DNA of 64,000 nt from Mobula hypostoma (taxonomy: Eukaryota), in NCBI RefSeq assembly GCF_963921235.1, contig NC_086100.1, positions 202,990,001 through 203,054,000 of the forward strand. The letters are read 5' to 3'. Below the pieces are notes generated by a model. That model ran no database searches. It saw nothing but the letters and a program-made list of their open reading frames with translations, and was not told the DNA's origin. Within the stretch, counting starts at the first letter, position 1. Every line of letters begins with the position of its first letter. The position numbers were made by a program, and so were the translations under genes. Below, piece after piece: positions 1 through 13,340 of this stretch.

Positions 1-36
1 CATAGATGTAGTAACCAAAACGGTTAATTTGACACT

Positions 37-525
37 TTTTGTTTGCAATTTATTTTTTATTGAAGTTCATCATCAAACAAAACTTTCCATAAGATGTATT
101 TCAAATACTGTACATATATATCATATAGTCATGTTTGTCACAAATCTCCACATAATATTTATCTGAGGTATACACTTATAGAAAGGAGAGGAAAGAAAGA
201 ACAATCTAAAGAAGAAAACTAGGGAGTGATCTCTTTTTTACAACATATTCATTGACTTGTGAGAATAAAATCAGGCCTATGAGGTGTTATGTAGTTCAAC
301 CATTTTTCCCAGTATGAATAAAATTGTTCCAACTTATGATTAACAGATGCTATTATCTTCTCCATTTTGTAAATATCCATTGTAATTTCCATCCATACAT
401 TTAAAGTTGGGTTCTCCTGTGATAACCATTTCCTGGTAAGGGTCTTTTTACCAGCCACCAGCAGTACATTAATTAAATATTTATCTCTTTTCAACCATTC
501 TTGAGGTATATACCCAAAGTAATAT
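37..525 (-). mobile_element. L1/Tx1-type LINE 3' fragment
   Basis: ORF 249..494 resembles an L1 ORF2 C-terminus (KKTLTRKW...MEKI...FYSYWEKW). AATAAA and A-rich tail on the minus strand near 37-62. Confidence 0.75.
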
Positions 526-1966
526 TGGACACGGCCTACCCTACCACACTGAAGTCCGTTGGTTGAGCAGAGGGGTTGTGCTCAAACGTTTTTTTTCAAT
601 TATGTGCCGAAATTGGACTATTCATGAACGAGAAAGAGAAACCTGTGGCAGAGTTGGATGACCCAGATTGGCTTCATGATTTTGTATTTTTGGTGGATAT
701 AACAGAGCACTTAAATGTGCTTAATTTTAATATGCAAGGCTGCAACAAACATGTTACGGAATACTACAACAGCATTTGTGTCTTTCAAATTAAATTAGGA
801 CTGTGGGAGATGCAACTATCCCAGAGCAACCCAGCTCATTTCCCCTCTTTGCAGTCTGTGCGTGTCGCTCATGGGAATAATGACAACATGGACAGGTACA
901 AGGAGAAAATATCACTGCTGAAAAGTGAGTTTCAGAATTGTTTCCAAGTCTTCACTCAGCTGGAGAAGGAATCCTCACTATTTTGCTTGCCGTTTGCCGT
1001 CAACGCAGCATCAGATGTGCCGAAAGAACTCCAAATGGAACTAATCGAAATTCAGTGTAAGTCGGCTTTGAAATATAAATTTGAGACTGTGGGTCAGGAC
1101 TCATTCTATCAAAACCTGGGACCGATATACTCCAAGATGACAGACTTTGCCTCAGAGATCCTTTGCATGTTCGGGACAACATATCTCTGTGAACAGGCGT
1201 TCTCCATAATGAACATTAACAAATTCAAACTGCACTCACAGCTGACGCACAGACATCTAAATGACATTATGAAAATCACAACTGTCCAGAGACTGGTCCC
1301 TGATGTTGACAGGTTAGTTAAAGCCAAGAGATGTCAGGTGTCTGGAAGCAGCAAGTGAAAAATGAGTGACACTGTTCGATGCACTGCGACATGTAAGCAA
1401 AATGCATTATGAAATATTGAGTGTCATAACATTGTGATTCATCATTCATTTTCTGACTATTCTATTATTGTAAATGTGAACACTTCAATAAAAATTAGAG
1501 GCTAACTCTGTTCATTGTCTGAGTTTGATCGCTGGAAACAGGCTAATAAAATTTAGGGCCGTTGTGTAGCCTACATTTACAATTTGTTTCGTTAGGTCTA
1601 CATTTGTGTCTGCTAATGTTCAATTTCAAATGGTCTATTAATGGAAAGGGTGTGGCTCCCAAATCAATCTTAGCCATAATAGTATCGTTTTTTTCTCTCT
1701 CTCATCACAACTTTCGTGTAGCCTACGGCTATAAGTTAATGGCAATCATAAAAATAATGCCTGCTAGGAAATCTTCTTCACAAGAAACGAAATTCGGAAA
1801 GTGAAACACTTTGTAGTTATAGCAGAGACTGAGACACATGAGAGCAGGTTGAAAAACGAAGGCAGTGAAAGCTGTGGGAGCACACGCGTGCACAACTGAT
1901 CCGGTCCGTGTGAAGTTGCAGTTTGCTCAATCCGGCCCGTGACCTAAAATGAGTTTGCCACCCCTG
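526..1966 (+). mobile_element. hAT DNA transposon (SPIN/GTF2IRD2-like), 5'-truncated
   Basis: ORF 576..1358 with hAT C-terminal motif FGTTYLCEQAFS and upstream HTEVRWLSRG. 3' TIR gagtttgccacccctg ends at 1966, followed by the 8-mer gtttaaag (nnnTAnnn target type). Confidence 0.85.
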
Positions 1967-2650
1967 GTTTAAAGAGCATACATGATCGTTCGGGCAACAT
2001 CAGACACGGACTTATACAGTTTAAAACACTACATAGACTCCATTATTCCAAAGAAAAGTTGCACAGTTTCTACCCTGATGTTTCACCAGTTTGTAATAGA
2101 TGTAAATCTGTGAACAGTAACTTGTCACATTCATTCTGGTCATGTTGCAAGCTTTATGCATACTGGAGAAGTATTTTTCAGTGTTTCTCTGAGGCTTTTG
2201 GGAAGTGGTGGGAACCAGACCCGCTCACAGCCATCCTTGGAGCAACAAGCTCCCTATCTTCAGCCAATATGTATAAAAAAATGGCTGTATTGTTTGGAAT
2301 GGTGATTGCTAAGAAATTAAGTCTGCAAATGTGGAAAATGCACTCTGTGCCTACGTACAATCTGTGGCTGAGAGAACTGGCAAATACTTTACATTTGGAG
2401 AGACTGAGACTATGTAATGAGGACAGTGGGGACATCTTTGAAAGGATATGGGGCCCCTGTATTAGTTTTCTTACAGGGTGAGGACTGAGGTTTTTTGGTG
2501 AGGTGCACCTCTGCTGTGTATGTTTGCTTTTGCCTTTATATTTTTCTCCCTTCTGCTGCTCAATATGTAATTTGATTTTGCTATGGTTGTGGTTTTTGTG
2601 GATGTGCTGTATTTTTGTTTGTTAGTAATAAATAAAAAATTAGAAAAAAA
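1967..2650 (+). mobile_element. L1/Tx1-type LINE 3' fragment
   Basis: ORF 2059..2481 with CxRC...HSFWSC Cys/His knuckle typical of the L1 ORF2 C-terminus. Ends in aataaataaaaaa tail. Confidence 0.75.
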
Positions 2651-3344
2651 CTTTTCAAGTTAAAGATCTTTCATCAGAGTTGGATAAATGAGAAATGAGT
2701 GTGTGTCTTAAAAAAGAGAGGCTGAATGATGGAAAGAAGAAATGGTTATAAGATGGAGATCAGGGTTGTCCAGGAGTCCCAATATTTTTGGGGCTGTCTG
2801 GTTATTAGGTGACTGAGGACAGAGACAGGAATGCCATACCCACACCACACCCAGTACAAAAGAATCTGAGGAATGTGTCAGTGATCGGCTTACTGATTCA
2901 ACAATGTCTTGGTACAGCAGCCACTGAAAAGCAGTGCACGTGTGCAGCATGTAGATGATACACTGGGTTTTGAGATGATACATTGGTGTTAGAGCTGTAT
3001 GTGCTGTGGTTGAGTGCAGGTGCTGAGGCTTTGTTGTGAGGAGGGTGAACAGTAGAGACAGGTAAGTGAAGGAGAGGTCGTTCTTGGAATTTCTTAGGTC
3101 TTCTCTATATTAGCTTGGCTGGGATGGCAGCTTGAACAGCGGCATGTTCTTCTAAAGCGTGGGAGGCGAACTCTGTATGTCCCTGTCAACTTCACCAGAC
3201 AGAGCAAGTGTGTCTGGCTGCAGTTCCCGATTGACCATATTATGGAACTAGATCATGCAGGGTGCTGAGAACATTATAGTCCGTACTGTACTGACCTCAT
3301 ATTTATCAAAGTCCCTCTTCCTGGTGAACATTGAGGCAAAGTAT

Positions 3345-4255
3345 TGGAATTGCTTTATTATTGTCACATGCACTGAGATACAGTGAAAAGCTTGTCTTGC
3401 ATACTGGTCATACAGATCAGATCATTATAGAGTGCTTTAAGGTAGTAGAAGGTAAACAGTAACAATGCAGAATAAAGAATTAAAGCTACAGAGAAAGCTC
3501 ACAAAGTAAGTAATAAAGTGTAAACTCATATTGATGTAGATTGTGTGGTCACGAGTCCATCTTATCATCCAGGTAATTTCATTTAGTAATCTTGTAATAA
3601 TGGGGTAAAAGCTGACTGCTCGAGCTTGGTGGTACTTCGTTCCAGGCTTTTGTATCTTCTGCCAAATGGAAGCAGGGAGGAGAGAGAATGTCCGGGGTGG
3701 GTGGGGTCTTTGATTCTGCTGGCTGCTTTACTGAGGCAGCAAGAAGTATAGACAGAGTCCATAGGGGGGAGAATGGTTTCCGTGATGTGCTGTGCTGTGC
3801 TGTGTCAACACCTCTCCAGTTTCTTACGGTCACGTGCAGAGCAGTTGCTGTCCCAAGCTGTTAATGACACCAGCTTTCTTTGGTGCATTGATAAAAACTG
3901 GTAAGTGTTAACAGAGGCATGCCAATTTTTTAAAATCTTCTGCGGAAGTAGAAGTATTGGTGAGCTATCTTGGGCCTGTTTGGACGGACGGACCACTGGT
4001 TATGTTCACTCCTAGGATTCTGAAGCTCTCAATCTTAATATGGAGGGCTATGTAAAAGGGAAGGGTTAGATTGATCTTCGAGTTGGCGAAAAGAGCAGCA
4101 CACATCCTGGGTTGGAGGGCTTGTACTGTGCTCGTATGTTCTGTGCTCTTAGCATCATTGATGCAGACAGGAGCACGTGCACTGAAGATAATGACCAGTT
4201 CTTTTGTGTTGCTGACATTGATGGGAAGGTTGTTGTCATGACACCATGCTAATAC
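3345..4255 (-). mobile_element. Degenerate Rex1/Babar-like LINE 3' part
   Basis: Minus-strand remnants (RDRKKLER, TAQH) similar to the Rex-like copies at 24402-25478 and 60297-61550. Confidence 0.6.
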
Positions 4256-4637
4256 ATTTTTGTTATGTCAGATACCAGCCATGGTATTCATTAAGGACCT
4301 CCTCCGCTTCCAAGCACACGTGTCCATGTTTATGCTTGAGTGGTTCTCCCCTCATTCTAGTCACCCTCCTGTCCTTCACATGTTCCTTAATCCTACCAGC
4401 CAAGACCTCCTCATGTCCCTTTCTAGCTCTCTAAAGGTATACTGTGCCAAAAGCTCTCCCGGACACATCTCAGAACTTTGATCCCCTCTGAGCTGCTTCC
4501 ACAAGGTAATCTCACTTTAGAACATGGGATGCAGAAGAGTACAGCACAGAAACAGGCTATTCAGCCCACAGTGTTGTGCTGAACAAGCTAAAGAGCAAAT
4601 CAAAAACAGCCAAACTATTAATCACTGCTATCTACAC

Positions 4638-5847
4638 CAGGGGTCCCCAACCTTCTTTGCACTGCGGACCGGTTTAATATTGACAATATTCTTGCGGACT
4701 GGCCGACCTGGGGGGGGGGCGGGGGGGGGGGTAGGGTTGCCAACGGACAAGAGTAGCAGTAAAATACGTTGTGTTTACCAGTTAAAACTACAATGATCAT
4801 GAAGCCTTGCGCGGGCACCAGTACACATGCGTGTACCCGCCGATATTTTTTTCTGCAGATCGTTTTTGTCCATTCTGTTCAGGGGGGGGGATGTTATTCC
4901 CGACCGGAATATCAATGATAAGTGGCTTATACACTTAATTTCATTTCTAAAAGGGTTTATCTAATGAATTTAATATTAAACATACAGCACATATTTTCCT
5001 CGCATGAATATAGTGATAAGTCAATTATCAGGGGAGGACAGGGGAGCTTGAAGTAAGTGTTGAACGAACTTCCAGCAGAAGTGGTAAAAACAGGTTCGAT
5101 ATTATCATTTAAAGAAAAATTGGATAGGTATATGGACAGAAAAGGAATGGGGGGTTATGGGCTGAGTGCAGGTCGGTGGGACTAGGTGAGAGTAGCGTTC
5201 GGCATGGACTAGAAAGGCAGAGATGGCCTGTTTCCATGCTGTAATTGTTATATGGTTATATAAGAAAGTCAATAGCATCATAATATTTTAAGTAACATTT
5301 GGATATTAAACACACAGTACATATTTTCCCCGTATGAACATATAAAATCATTGCAACACACCAATATCGCTGAATCAGTGGGAGCCCTGGGCTTGTTTTC
5401 CTGCAACAAGACGGTCCCATCGAGGGGTGATGGGAGACAGCGATACTCGAAGGGGGTTCCTTATGTCCAGTCTATTCCGCAATTTGGTTTTCGTTGCATT
5501 CATTGCAGAGATATGTTGGAAATGGAAGCAACGTTTTCAGTGCTTTCGTGGCTAACTCAGGATATTTAACCTTGACTTTGATCTGGAATGCCAGCAGAGA
5601 TGTTATGTCAAACATACTTTTCAGCCCGCCGTCACTTGCAAGCTCGAGGAGTTGATCTTCTTCCCGCGCTAACATGGATGACGCACGGGTAATAACCTTG
5701 TATGCACTTATTCAACAGTGCACGTGACAGGGAATGAGGAAAGGTGCAGCCAACTCATATCGCCAAATCATATCATTTCCTGGTGGCCCGGCAGCACATG
5801 CTTTGCGGCCCAGTATCGGTCCGCGGCCCTGTGGTTGGGGACCGCTG
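4638..5847 (-). mobile_element. Non-autonomous hAT (Buster/Charlie-like) internal-deletion derivative, 1210 bp
   Basis: TIRs caggggtccccaacc / ggttggggaccgctg. Perfect 8-bp TSD atctacac (4630-4637, 5848-5855). Retains the transposase C-terminus and matches element 37315-39527. Confidence 0.92.
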
Positions 5848-7434
5848 ATCTACACCATACCCATATCCCTGCATCTTCCTTATATCCATCCATGTCTCGG
5901 CTAAATATCTCTTAAGAGCCTCTACGATATTTGCCTCTACCACCATATCAAGCAGTGCATTCCAGGCATCCACGGCTCTCTTAGTAAAATCCTCACATCC
6001 CCCTTGAACCTTCAGTGCATACCCTCTGGTATTAGACAGTTCAACACCAGGAAACACATGCACTCTGTTCACTCTGTCTATGCCTGTCATAATCTTGTAA
6101 ACCTCTTTCAGATCTCCCCTCAGCCTCTGATGCTCCGGAGAAAACTGCCCAAGTTTATCCAGCCTCTCATGATAACGCATGACCTCGAAACCAGGCAGCA
6201 TCTTGATGAATCTCTTCTGCACCCTGTCCAAAGTTTCAACACACTTCCTGTAGTGGGGCGACTGGAACTATACACAATACTCCAGATGTGGCCTAACCAG
6301 AGTTTTATAAAGTTGTAACATATAACTGACTGACTTTTGAAATCAATGTCTCGACTAATAAAAGCAAGTATTCCATAAGCCTTCTTGACCACCTTATCGA
6401 CCTGTGTAGTCAATTTCAAGGAGCTACCATCTTGGATCCCAAGATCTCTCTACTCAGCTACATTAAGGATACACTAACAGTGTACTGTCTCCTTGCATTT
6501 GCCCTCCCGAGGTGCCACACCTTACATTGATCTGTGTTAAACTCCATCTGCCATTTCTCTGCCCATATCTGCAACTGGTCTATATTGTGCTGTATTCTTT
6601 AGCAGCCTGCTCTACCCACAACTTTACCAATCTTGGTATCATCTGCAGATTTACTATCCCCCACCCATCTACATTTTCATCCAGGTCATTTGTCTACATC
6701 ACCACCAGCAGAGTTCCCAGCACAGATCCCTGCGAAGATAACTAACTACAGACTTCCAGCTTGAATGAGTCCCTTCAACCACTGTCCTCCGTCTTCTGTG
6801 CTCAAGCCAGTCCTGAATCCAAACAGCCAATTTGCTGCAGGCCCCACGCATCTTAATCTTCTGGATTAGCCTCCATGAGGACTTTGTCAAACGCCTTACC
6901 AAAATCCATGTGGACAACATTCACTGCCCTACCCTTGTCTCATCTCTCTCGTCACCTTGTGAAAAAACTCAATCAAGTTGGTAAGGCACAACCTGCCACA
7001 CACAGAGCCAATTTAGCTCTCCGTAATCAGGCCATGGGTTTCTCAAATCCCTATCCCTAAGAACTTTCTCCAGCAGTTTCCCTGCAAGTGACGTGAGACT
7101 GCCTGCTCTATAGTTCACAGAATTTTTCCTTGTTCCTTTCTTAAATAAAGGAACAACATTAGCCACTGGCCAGAGCTCTGTGACCTCGCCTGTGGTTAGA
7201 GAGGACACAAAGATACTATTTAAGGGCCCAGCAATCTTACCTCTTGCCTCCTTCAGTAACCTGGAGTGAACTCTGTCTGGCCCTGGGGACTTATCCACTT
7301 GAATACCCTGCAGGAGGCCCAACACTTCTTTCTCCTTGATCTCTAAATGCCCTAACGTATTTATACACTCAGCACCGGTCTCCTGGTCCTCTATATTTCC
7401 TTGCTATATACTGAAAGAAAGTATTCATTAAGTA

Positions 7435-8088
7435 AAGATCTATCCACGGCCCCCTCTACTGTAAAGAAAGCAGGATCTCCCAGTGGCCACACATTTTAAT
7501 TCCACGTCCCATTCCCATTCTGACATGTCTATCCATGGCCTCCTCTACTGTAAAGATGAAGCCACACTCAGGTTGGAGGAACAGCACCTTATATTCTGTC
7601 TGGGTAGCCTCCAACCTGATGGCATGAACATTGACTTCTCTAACTTCCGCTAAGGCCCCACCTCCCCCTCGTACCCCATCTGTTATTTATTTATATACAC
7701 ATATTCTTTTTCTCTCTCTCCTTTTTCTCCCTCTGTCCTTCTCACTATACCCATTGCCCATCCTCTGGGCTTTCCCCCCTCCCCCTTTTCTTTCTCCCTA
7801 GGACTCCTGCCCCATGATCCTCTCATATCCCCTTTGCCAATCACCTGTCCAGCTCTTGGCTTCATCCCTCCCCCTCCTGTCTTCTCCTATCATTTTGGAT
7901 CTCCCCCTCCCCCTCCCACTTTCAAATCTCTTACTAGCTCTTCTTTCAGTTAGTCCTGACGAAGGGTCTCAGCCCGAAACGTCGACTGTACCTCTTCCTA
8001 GAGATGCTGCCTGGCCTGCTGCGTTCACCAGCAACTTTGATGTGTGTTGCTTGAAATTCCAGCATCTGCAGATTTCCTCATGTTTGCA
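7435..8088 (+). mobile_element. 5'-truncated Penelope-like element (end of GIY-YIG plus 3' terminus)
   Basis: Near-identical to 15718-16296. 13-bp TSD tattcattaagta (7422-7434, 8089-8101). Confidence 0.9.
7951..7988 (+). ncRNA. Minimal type I hammerhead ribozyme motif, intact core
   Basis: tagtc-CTGACGA-a-gggt-ctca-gccc-GAAA-c-GTC-gactg. Stem I agtc/gact, stem II gggt/gccc, palindromic ACGT stem III. Confidence 0.75.
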
Positions 8089-10390
8089 TATTCATTAAGT
8101 ACCTCTCATTCTCTGTATCCAATCAAATGTTACCCTTTATCCTTGAACGATCCCACCCTCTCCCTAGTTATCCTTTTACTCTTGCTGTCTGTATGTGTTA
8201 TCCAACACCAGGCCCAGTACGGCCCCCCCTCTTAGTGGACCATCCTCATATTGATTTAAGAAACCTTCCTCGATACACTTGCACTATGAAGGTCCCAGTT
8301 TACATTAGGGAAGTTGAAATGCCCCATGACAACAACCCTATTATTTTTACACATTTCCTTAATCTGATTTCATATCTGTTCCTCAATGTCCTGGTGGCTG
8401 TTAGGGGGTCTGTAGCACAATTTTGTTAGTGTGATTGCACCCTTCCTATTCCTGAGCTCCACCCAAAAGGACTCGGTGTCTGTCTCCTCAGAGTGCAGCT
8501 GCGATATTGTCTCTGATTTGTAGTGCATCTCCTTCCCCTCTTTTACCTCCTCCTCTATCTTTTCTAAAACTTCAAAAATCTGGTGGATTAATCACTCATT
8601 CCTGTCCCTTTCTCACCAAGTTTCATTAATGGTTACACCACCATAGTTCCATGTACTGATCAGTGCTCTAAGTTCATTGTCCTTACCTATAATACTCCTA
8701 GCATTAAAATTCACACACTTCAAACTATCCGACCCATCATACTTCTTGTTTCAATTTTGCCTTTTCAATATTTTCCCTGACATCTACCTTCTGGTCCGAT
8801 CTTTCCCATCCCTTACCTTGGGCTCCCATTCCCAGCCCCTGCAAAACTAGTTTAAACTCTCCTGAGTAGAACCTTGTGGCTAGTTCAGGTCCAACCCGTT
8901 CCTCTTGTACAGGTCACCTTCTTTCCCAGAAAAGATTCTGATGATCCAAGAACTTGAAACCCTGTGCCCTGCACCATCTCCACAGCCAGTCATTCATCTG
9001 TGCTATCACCCCATTTCTACCTGCTCTAGCTTGTGGTACAGGGAGTAATCTTGACGGTCCTTCACTTCAGCCCCTTTCCTAACTCTGTATACTCACTGCA
9101 TATGTCATAGGTGCTAATATGCACCACAATCTCTGGATGTTCCCCATCCCCCTTGAGAATATCATGCAGTTGCTCTGATACATCTTGGACCCAGGCACCC
9201 AGGAGGCAACGCACCATCCTGGTGTCTCTTTTTAGGCCACAGATCTTTTTTCTGTCCCCCTAGCTACTGAGTCCCTTATAACTACCGCACAGCCTGACTG
9301 TACCCTTCCCTGTAGAACCGCAGAGACTGCCACTGTGCCACTAGTCTGGCAGCTGGTGATGGGTTATTCCTCCCCCCGCATCCAGCAGTATCCAAAGGGG
9401 TATACATGTTGCTGAGGGGAATAGCAGTAGGGGAGCCTTGCACTGACCTATTAATCTCCTTACCTCTCCTGGTAGCCACCCATCTAGTGTCCAAAGCTGT
9501 TCTCTGGGTGTGACCACCTCTTCAAAAGTCTCGTCTATAATACCTTCATCCTCCTGAATGATCCTGAGTACATCCAACTCTTTGACCTGGTCAGTCAGCA
9601 GCTGAAGTTCGGTGCACAGATGTAGTCATCAGGGAAACCGTCAGGTATCCTGAATTTGACAGGAGGAGCATTCCATCCTGACTACTCAATACCTAAAAAG
9701 AAAAAGGTTTTCCTCTTCTTAAACTGTGCCCTTGCCTGTTCACGCCGAAGCCCGTTAAGTCAAAGCCTGCACACTCCATCACTGGCACGCTCTGACAATG
9801 GCCACTCTGCTTGAGCCTGCCCTCCTTTTATTAGCAGTTGAGCTTGGGCCTCCAATGCTGATACTTTCCACACTTGTGCACCCAAAGAGACTGGCCTTGC
9901 CCAAATCAGGGCTCTGATTCTGACCCATACTCCTCTCGCCTGAGCTGACGAAAACATTTTTGGGAAATTTAAATTTCCTGTAGTCTAACCCTAATTTATC
10001 TCATCTCTTTATTTGTTACTATATTTGTTCCTCTCGCTTCTTTCTGTTTGTAATAAACTACCAAGAGATTAATGACACCATTTTTTGTTCCTAATTTCTA
10101 CCCACACTGCCTCATTTGAGGGGCCTTCCAGAATATGCTTCCTCAATGTTCAAGTAATTCCTAGACTCTCAGTGTAATGCCATCTCCTCTTTTATTATCC
10201 TGATCTCGCTTGATAATTATATTTCATTGGTTACTTTCATACTCTCTTCGAGCTCTTTATCTCTCTTGTTATAATTCTTATGCTGTTCTTTTTAGCCTTT
10301 ACATGTTTACCTTTAAATAGTTCTATAATAATACTTCACATATTGAAATCCATGAAGATTTATTAACCCATTATTTCCATTTGCTTCTAG

Positions 10391-10752
10391 ACCAAAGCCA
10401 CTTGCTCATGTGTCACGATGCTATGATAGTGACGGTTTTATGCAGTCTGCAGACATACAGCACGTAGAACAGAGTCCAGAGCGGAACTATCATCACAAAC
10501 AAACCCGTAATTCAGAAACTAAGTGCATTAAAGACCCCATATCACGAAACTCAGCACTGCGCAGACAGGCTGTTGAAAATTGGCATCGGAGGCCATATCG
10601 TAACAGCACAGAGGGAGAAGAAGGTGATGTATCCGATGCTGGCTCTAGGACGACGGAATCGGAGGTGGAAGTTTGGGAGCAAGAAAGTAGAAGTTCAACA
10701 GAGCCACAGAAATTTGGATCCAATCGTGTCAGGGCTTATCGACTCAGTACGG
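10391..10752 (+). CDS. FBXO41: FBXO41 internal coding exon (region N-terminal to the F-box)
   Basis: Acceptor ttctag|10391, donor 10752|gtaagt. Translation PKPLAHVSRCYDSD...LRRQAVENWHRRPYRNSTEGEEGDVSDAGSRTTESE resembles the vertebrate FBXO41 sequence as I recall it. Phase 1 end matches the next exon. Confidence 0.9.
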
Positions 10753-11055
10753 GTAAGTGTAGCACCATATCCTGGCATGTGAGCAGAACCGGCAAGGGCT
10801 CTATTTGTTGCCTGTCAAGTGTCACAGAAAAAGCAATGATACACTACATTAGAACATAAAAAATAGAACAATACGACACAGGAATAGCACCTTCTTTCCA
10901 CAATGTTGTGTCTAATTAAATCCCTAACTAAACTAACACCTTCCACCTGCACTTTGTCCATGTCCCTTGTCACCAAACTCGAGATCCTGGAAATCAACAA
11001 CACCCTTTTCAGCAAAACTAAAGAGCTGAGCATTGACTTCAGGAAGGAGGAGTGA

Positions 11056-12560
11056 AAACTATAGAAACCATAGAAACTACAACACAGAAACAGGCCTTTT
11101 GGCCCTTCTTGGCTGTGCCGAACCATTTTCTGCCTAGTCCCACTGACCTGCACACGGACCATATCCCTCCATACACCTCTCATCCATGTATCTGTCCAAT
11201 TTATTCTTAAATGTTAAAAAAGAACCCGCATTTACCACCTCGTCTGGCAGCTCATTCCATACTCCCACCACTCTCTGTGTGAAGAAGCCCCCCCTAATGT
11301 TCCCTTTAAACTTTTCCCCCCTCACCCTTAACCCATGTCCTCTGGTTTTTTTCTCCCCTTGCCTCAGTGGAAAAAGCCTGCTTGCATTCACTCTATCTAT
11401 ACCCATCATAATTTTATATACCTCTATCAAATCTCCCCTCATTCTTCTACGGTCCAGGGAATAAAGTCCTAACCTATTCAACCTTTCTCTGTAACTGAGT
11501 TCCTCAAGTCCCGGCAACATCCTTGAAAACCTTCTCTGCACTCTTTCAACCTTATTTATATCCTTCCTGTAATTTGGTGACCAAAACTGAACAGAATACT
11601 CCAGATTCGGCCTCACCAATGCCTTATACAACCTCATCATAACATTCCAGCTCTTATACTCAATACTTTGATTAATAAAGGCCAATGTACCAAAAGATCT
11701 CTTTACGACCCTATCTACCTGTGACGCCACTTTTAGGGAATTTTGTATCTGTATTCCCAGATCCCTCTGTTCCACTGCAATCCTCAGTGCCTTACCATTA
11801 ACCCTGTATGTTCTACCTTGGTTTGTCCTTCCAACGTGCAATACCTCACACTTGTCTGTATTAAACTCCATCTGCCATTTTTCAGCCCATTTTTCCAGCT
11901 GGTCCAAGTCCCTCTGCAGGCTCTGAAAACCTTCCTCACTGTCTACTACAGCTCCAATCTTTGTATCATCAGCAAATTTGCTGATCCAATTTACCACATT
12001 ATCATCCAGATCATTGATATAGATGACAAATAACACTGGACCCAGCACTGACCCCTGTGGCACACCACTAGTCACAGGCCTCCACTCGGAGAAGCAATTC
12101 TCTACTACCACTGTTTAGCTTCTACCATTGAGCCAATGTCTAATCCAATTTACCACCTCTCTATGTATACCTAGTGACTGAATTTTCCTAACTAACCTCC
12201 CATGCGGCACCTTGTCAAAGGCCTTACTGAAGTCCATGTGGACAATATCCACTGCCTTCCCTTCATCCACTTTCCTGGTAACCTCCTCGAAAAACTCCAA
12301 GAGATTGGTCAAACATGACCTACCACGCACAAAGCCATGTTGACTCTCCCTAATAAGTCCCTGTCTATCCAAATGCTTGTAGATTCTGTCTCTTAGTACT
12401 CCCTCCAATAACTTACCTACTACCGATGTTAAACTCACCAGCCTATAATTTCCCAGATTACTTTTCGATCCTTTTTTAAACAACGGAACAACATGAGCCA
12501 CTCTCCAATCCTCTGGCACCTCACCTGTAGACAGCGACATTTTAAATATTTCTGCCAGGG
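11056..12560 (-). mobile_element. Young 5'-truncated CR1 LINE (RT and C-terminus)
   Basis: ORFs 12115..12591 and 11134..12111 ([18 protein letters not shown]) separated by one stop. (CATAGAAA)-type tail repeat at ~11056-11080. Confidence 0.93.
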
Positions 12561-12570
12561 CCGAAATATT

Positions 12571-13340
12571 AACATATAAACATAGAAACATAGAAATCTA
12601 CAGCACATTATGGGCCCTTTGACCTACAATGTTTTGCCGACCATGTAACCGACTCTAGAAACTACCTAGAATTTCCCGAGTGCATAGCTCTCTAATTTTT
12701 TTAACTCCATGTACCTATCCAAGGGTCTGTCAAAACACCCTATTGTATCTGCCTCAACCACCATCACTGGCAGTGCATTCCAAGCACCCCACCACTCTCT
12801 TGTGTGAACAACTTACCTCTGACATCTCCATTGTACCTACATCCAAACACCTTAAAACTGTGCCCCTTGTGTTAGCCATTTCAGCCCTGGGTAACAGCCT
12901 TGCAGCTATCCACATGATCAGTGCCTCTCATCACTTTATACACCTCTCATCCTCTGTCACTACAAGGAGAAAAGGCCAAGTTCACTCAACCTATTCTCAT
13001 AAGGCACGCTCTCCAATCCAGGCAACATCCTTGTAAATCACCTCTGTACTCTCTCTATAGTATCCACTTCCTCCCATAGTGAGGTGACCAGAACTGAACA
13101 CAGTACTCCGTGGGGTCTGACAAAGGTCTTATTTGGCTGTAACATTACCTCACGGCTCTTGAACTCAATCCCAAGGTTGATGAAGTCCAACATACCGTAC
13201 GCCTTCTTAACAACACCCAATCCGCACCGCAGCTTTGAGTGTCATATGAACATGCACCCCAAGATCTTGCTGATCCTCCACACTTCGAAGAGTCTTACCA
13301 TTCATTTTATACTCTGTCTTCAAATTTGACCTACCAAAGT
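12571..13340 (-). mobile_element. CR1 LINE 3' fragment
   Basis: Tail acatagaaacatagaaa. ORF2 C-terminal remnants (KKAYGMLDFINLGIEFKSREVML). Confidence 0.8.

Larger units (their letters stand above)
4519..9960 (-). mobile_element. Old near-full-length CR1 LINE, interrupted by a hAT (4638-5847) and a Penelope-like element (7435-8088)
   Basis: Frameshifted ORF2 pieces (DKSPGPD, NVVPLFKKG, VQKRFIKMLPG) and ORF1 remnants near 9100-9650. Confidence 0.75.

Noticed and set aside
7814..8098. Recurrent ~90-117 aa ORF (MILSYPLCQSPVQLL...SPDEGSQPETSTVPLPRDAAWPAAF), also at 16141, 40626, 45864 and 57133
   Set aside because: It lies in the pyrimidine-rich 3' UTR of the Penelope-like element, where stops are rare. 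Recurrence reflects repeat copies, and the 'PDEGSRPETST' part is just the hammerhead read as codons.
10753..10859. Extensions of the FBXO41 ORF-track entries beyond splice sites (also 31328-31367, 31610-31747 and 40239-40319)
   Set aside because: Intronic read-through past canonical GT/AG sites; similarity to FBXO41 stops at the splice junctions.
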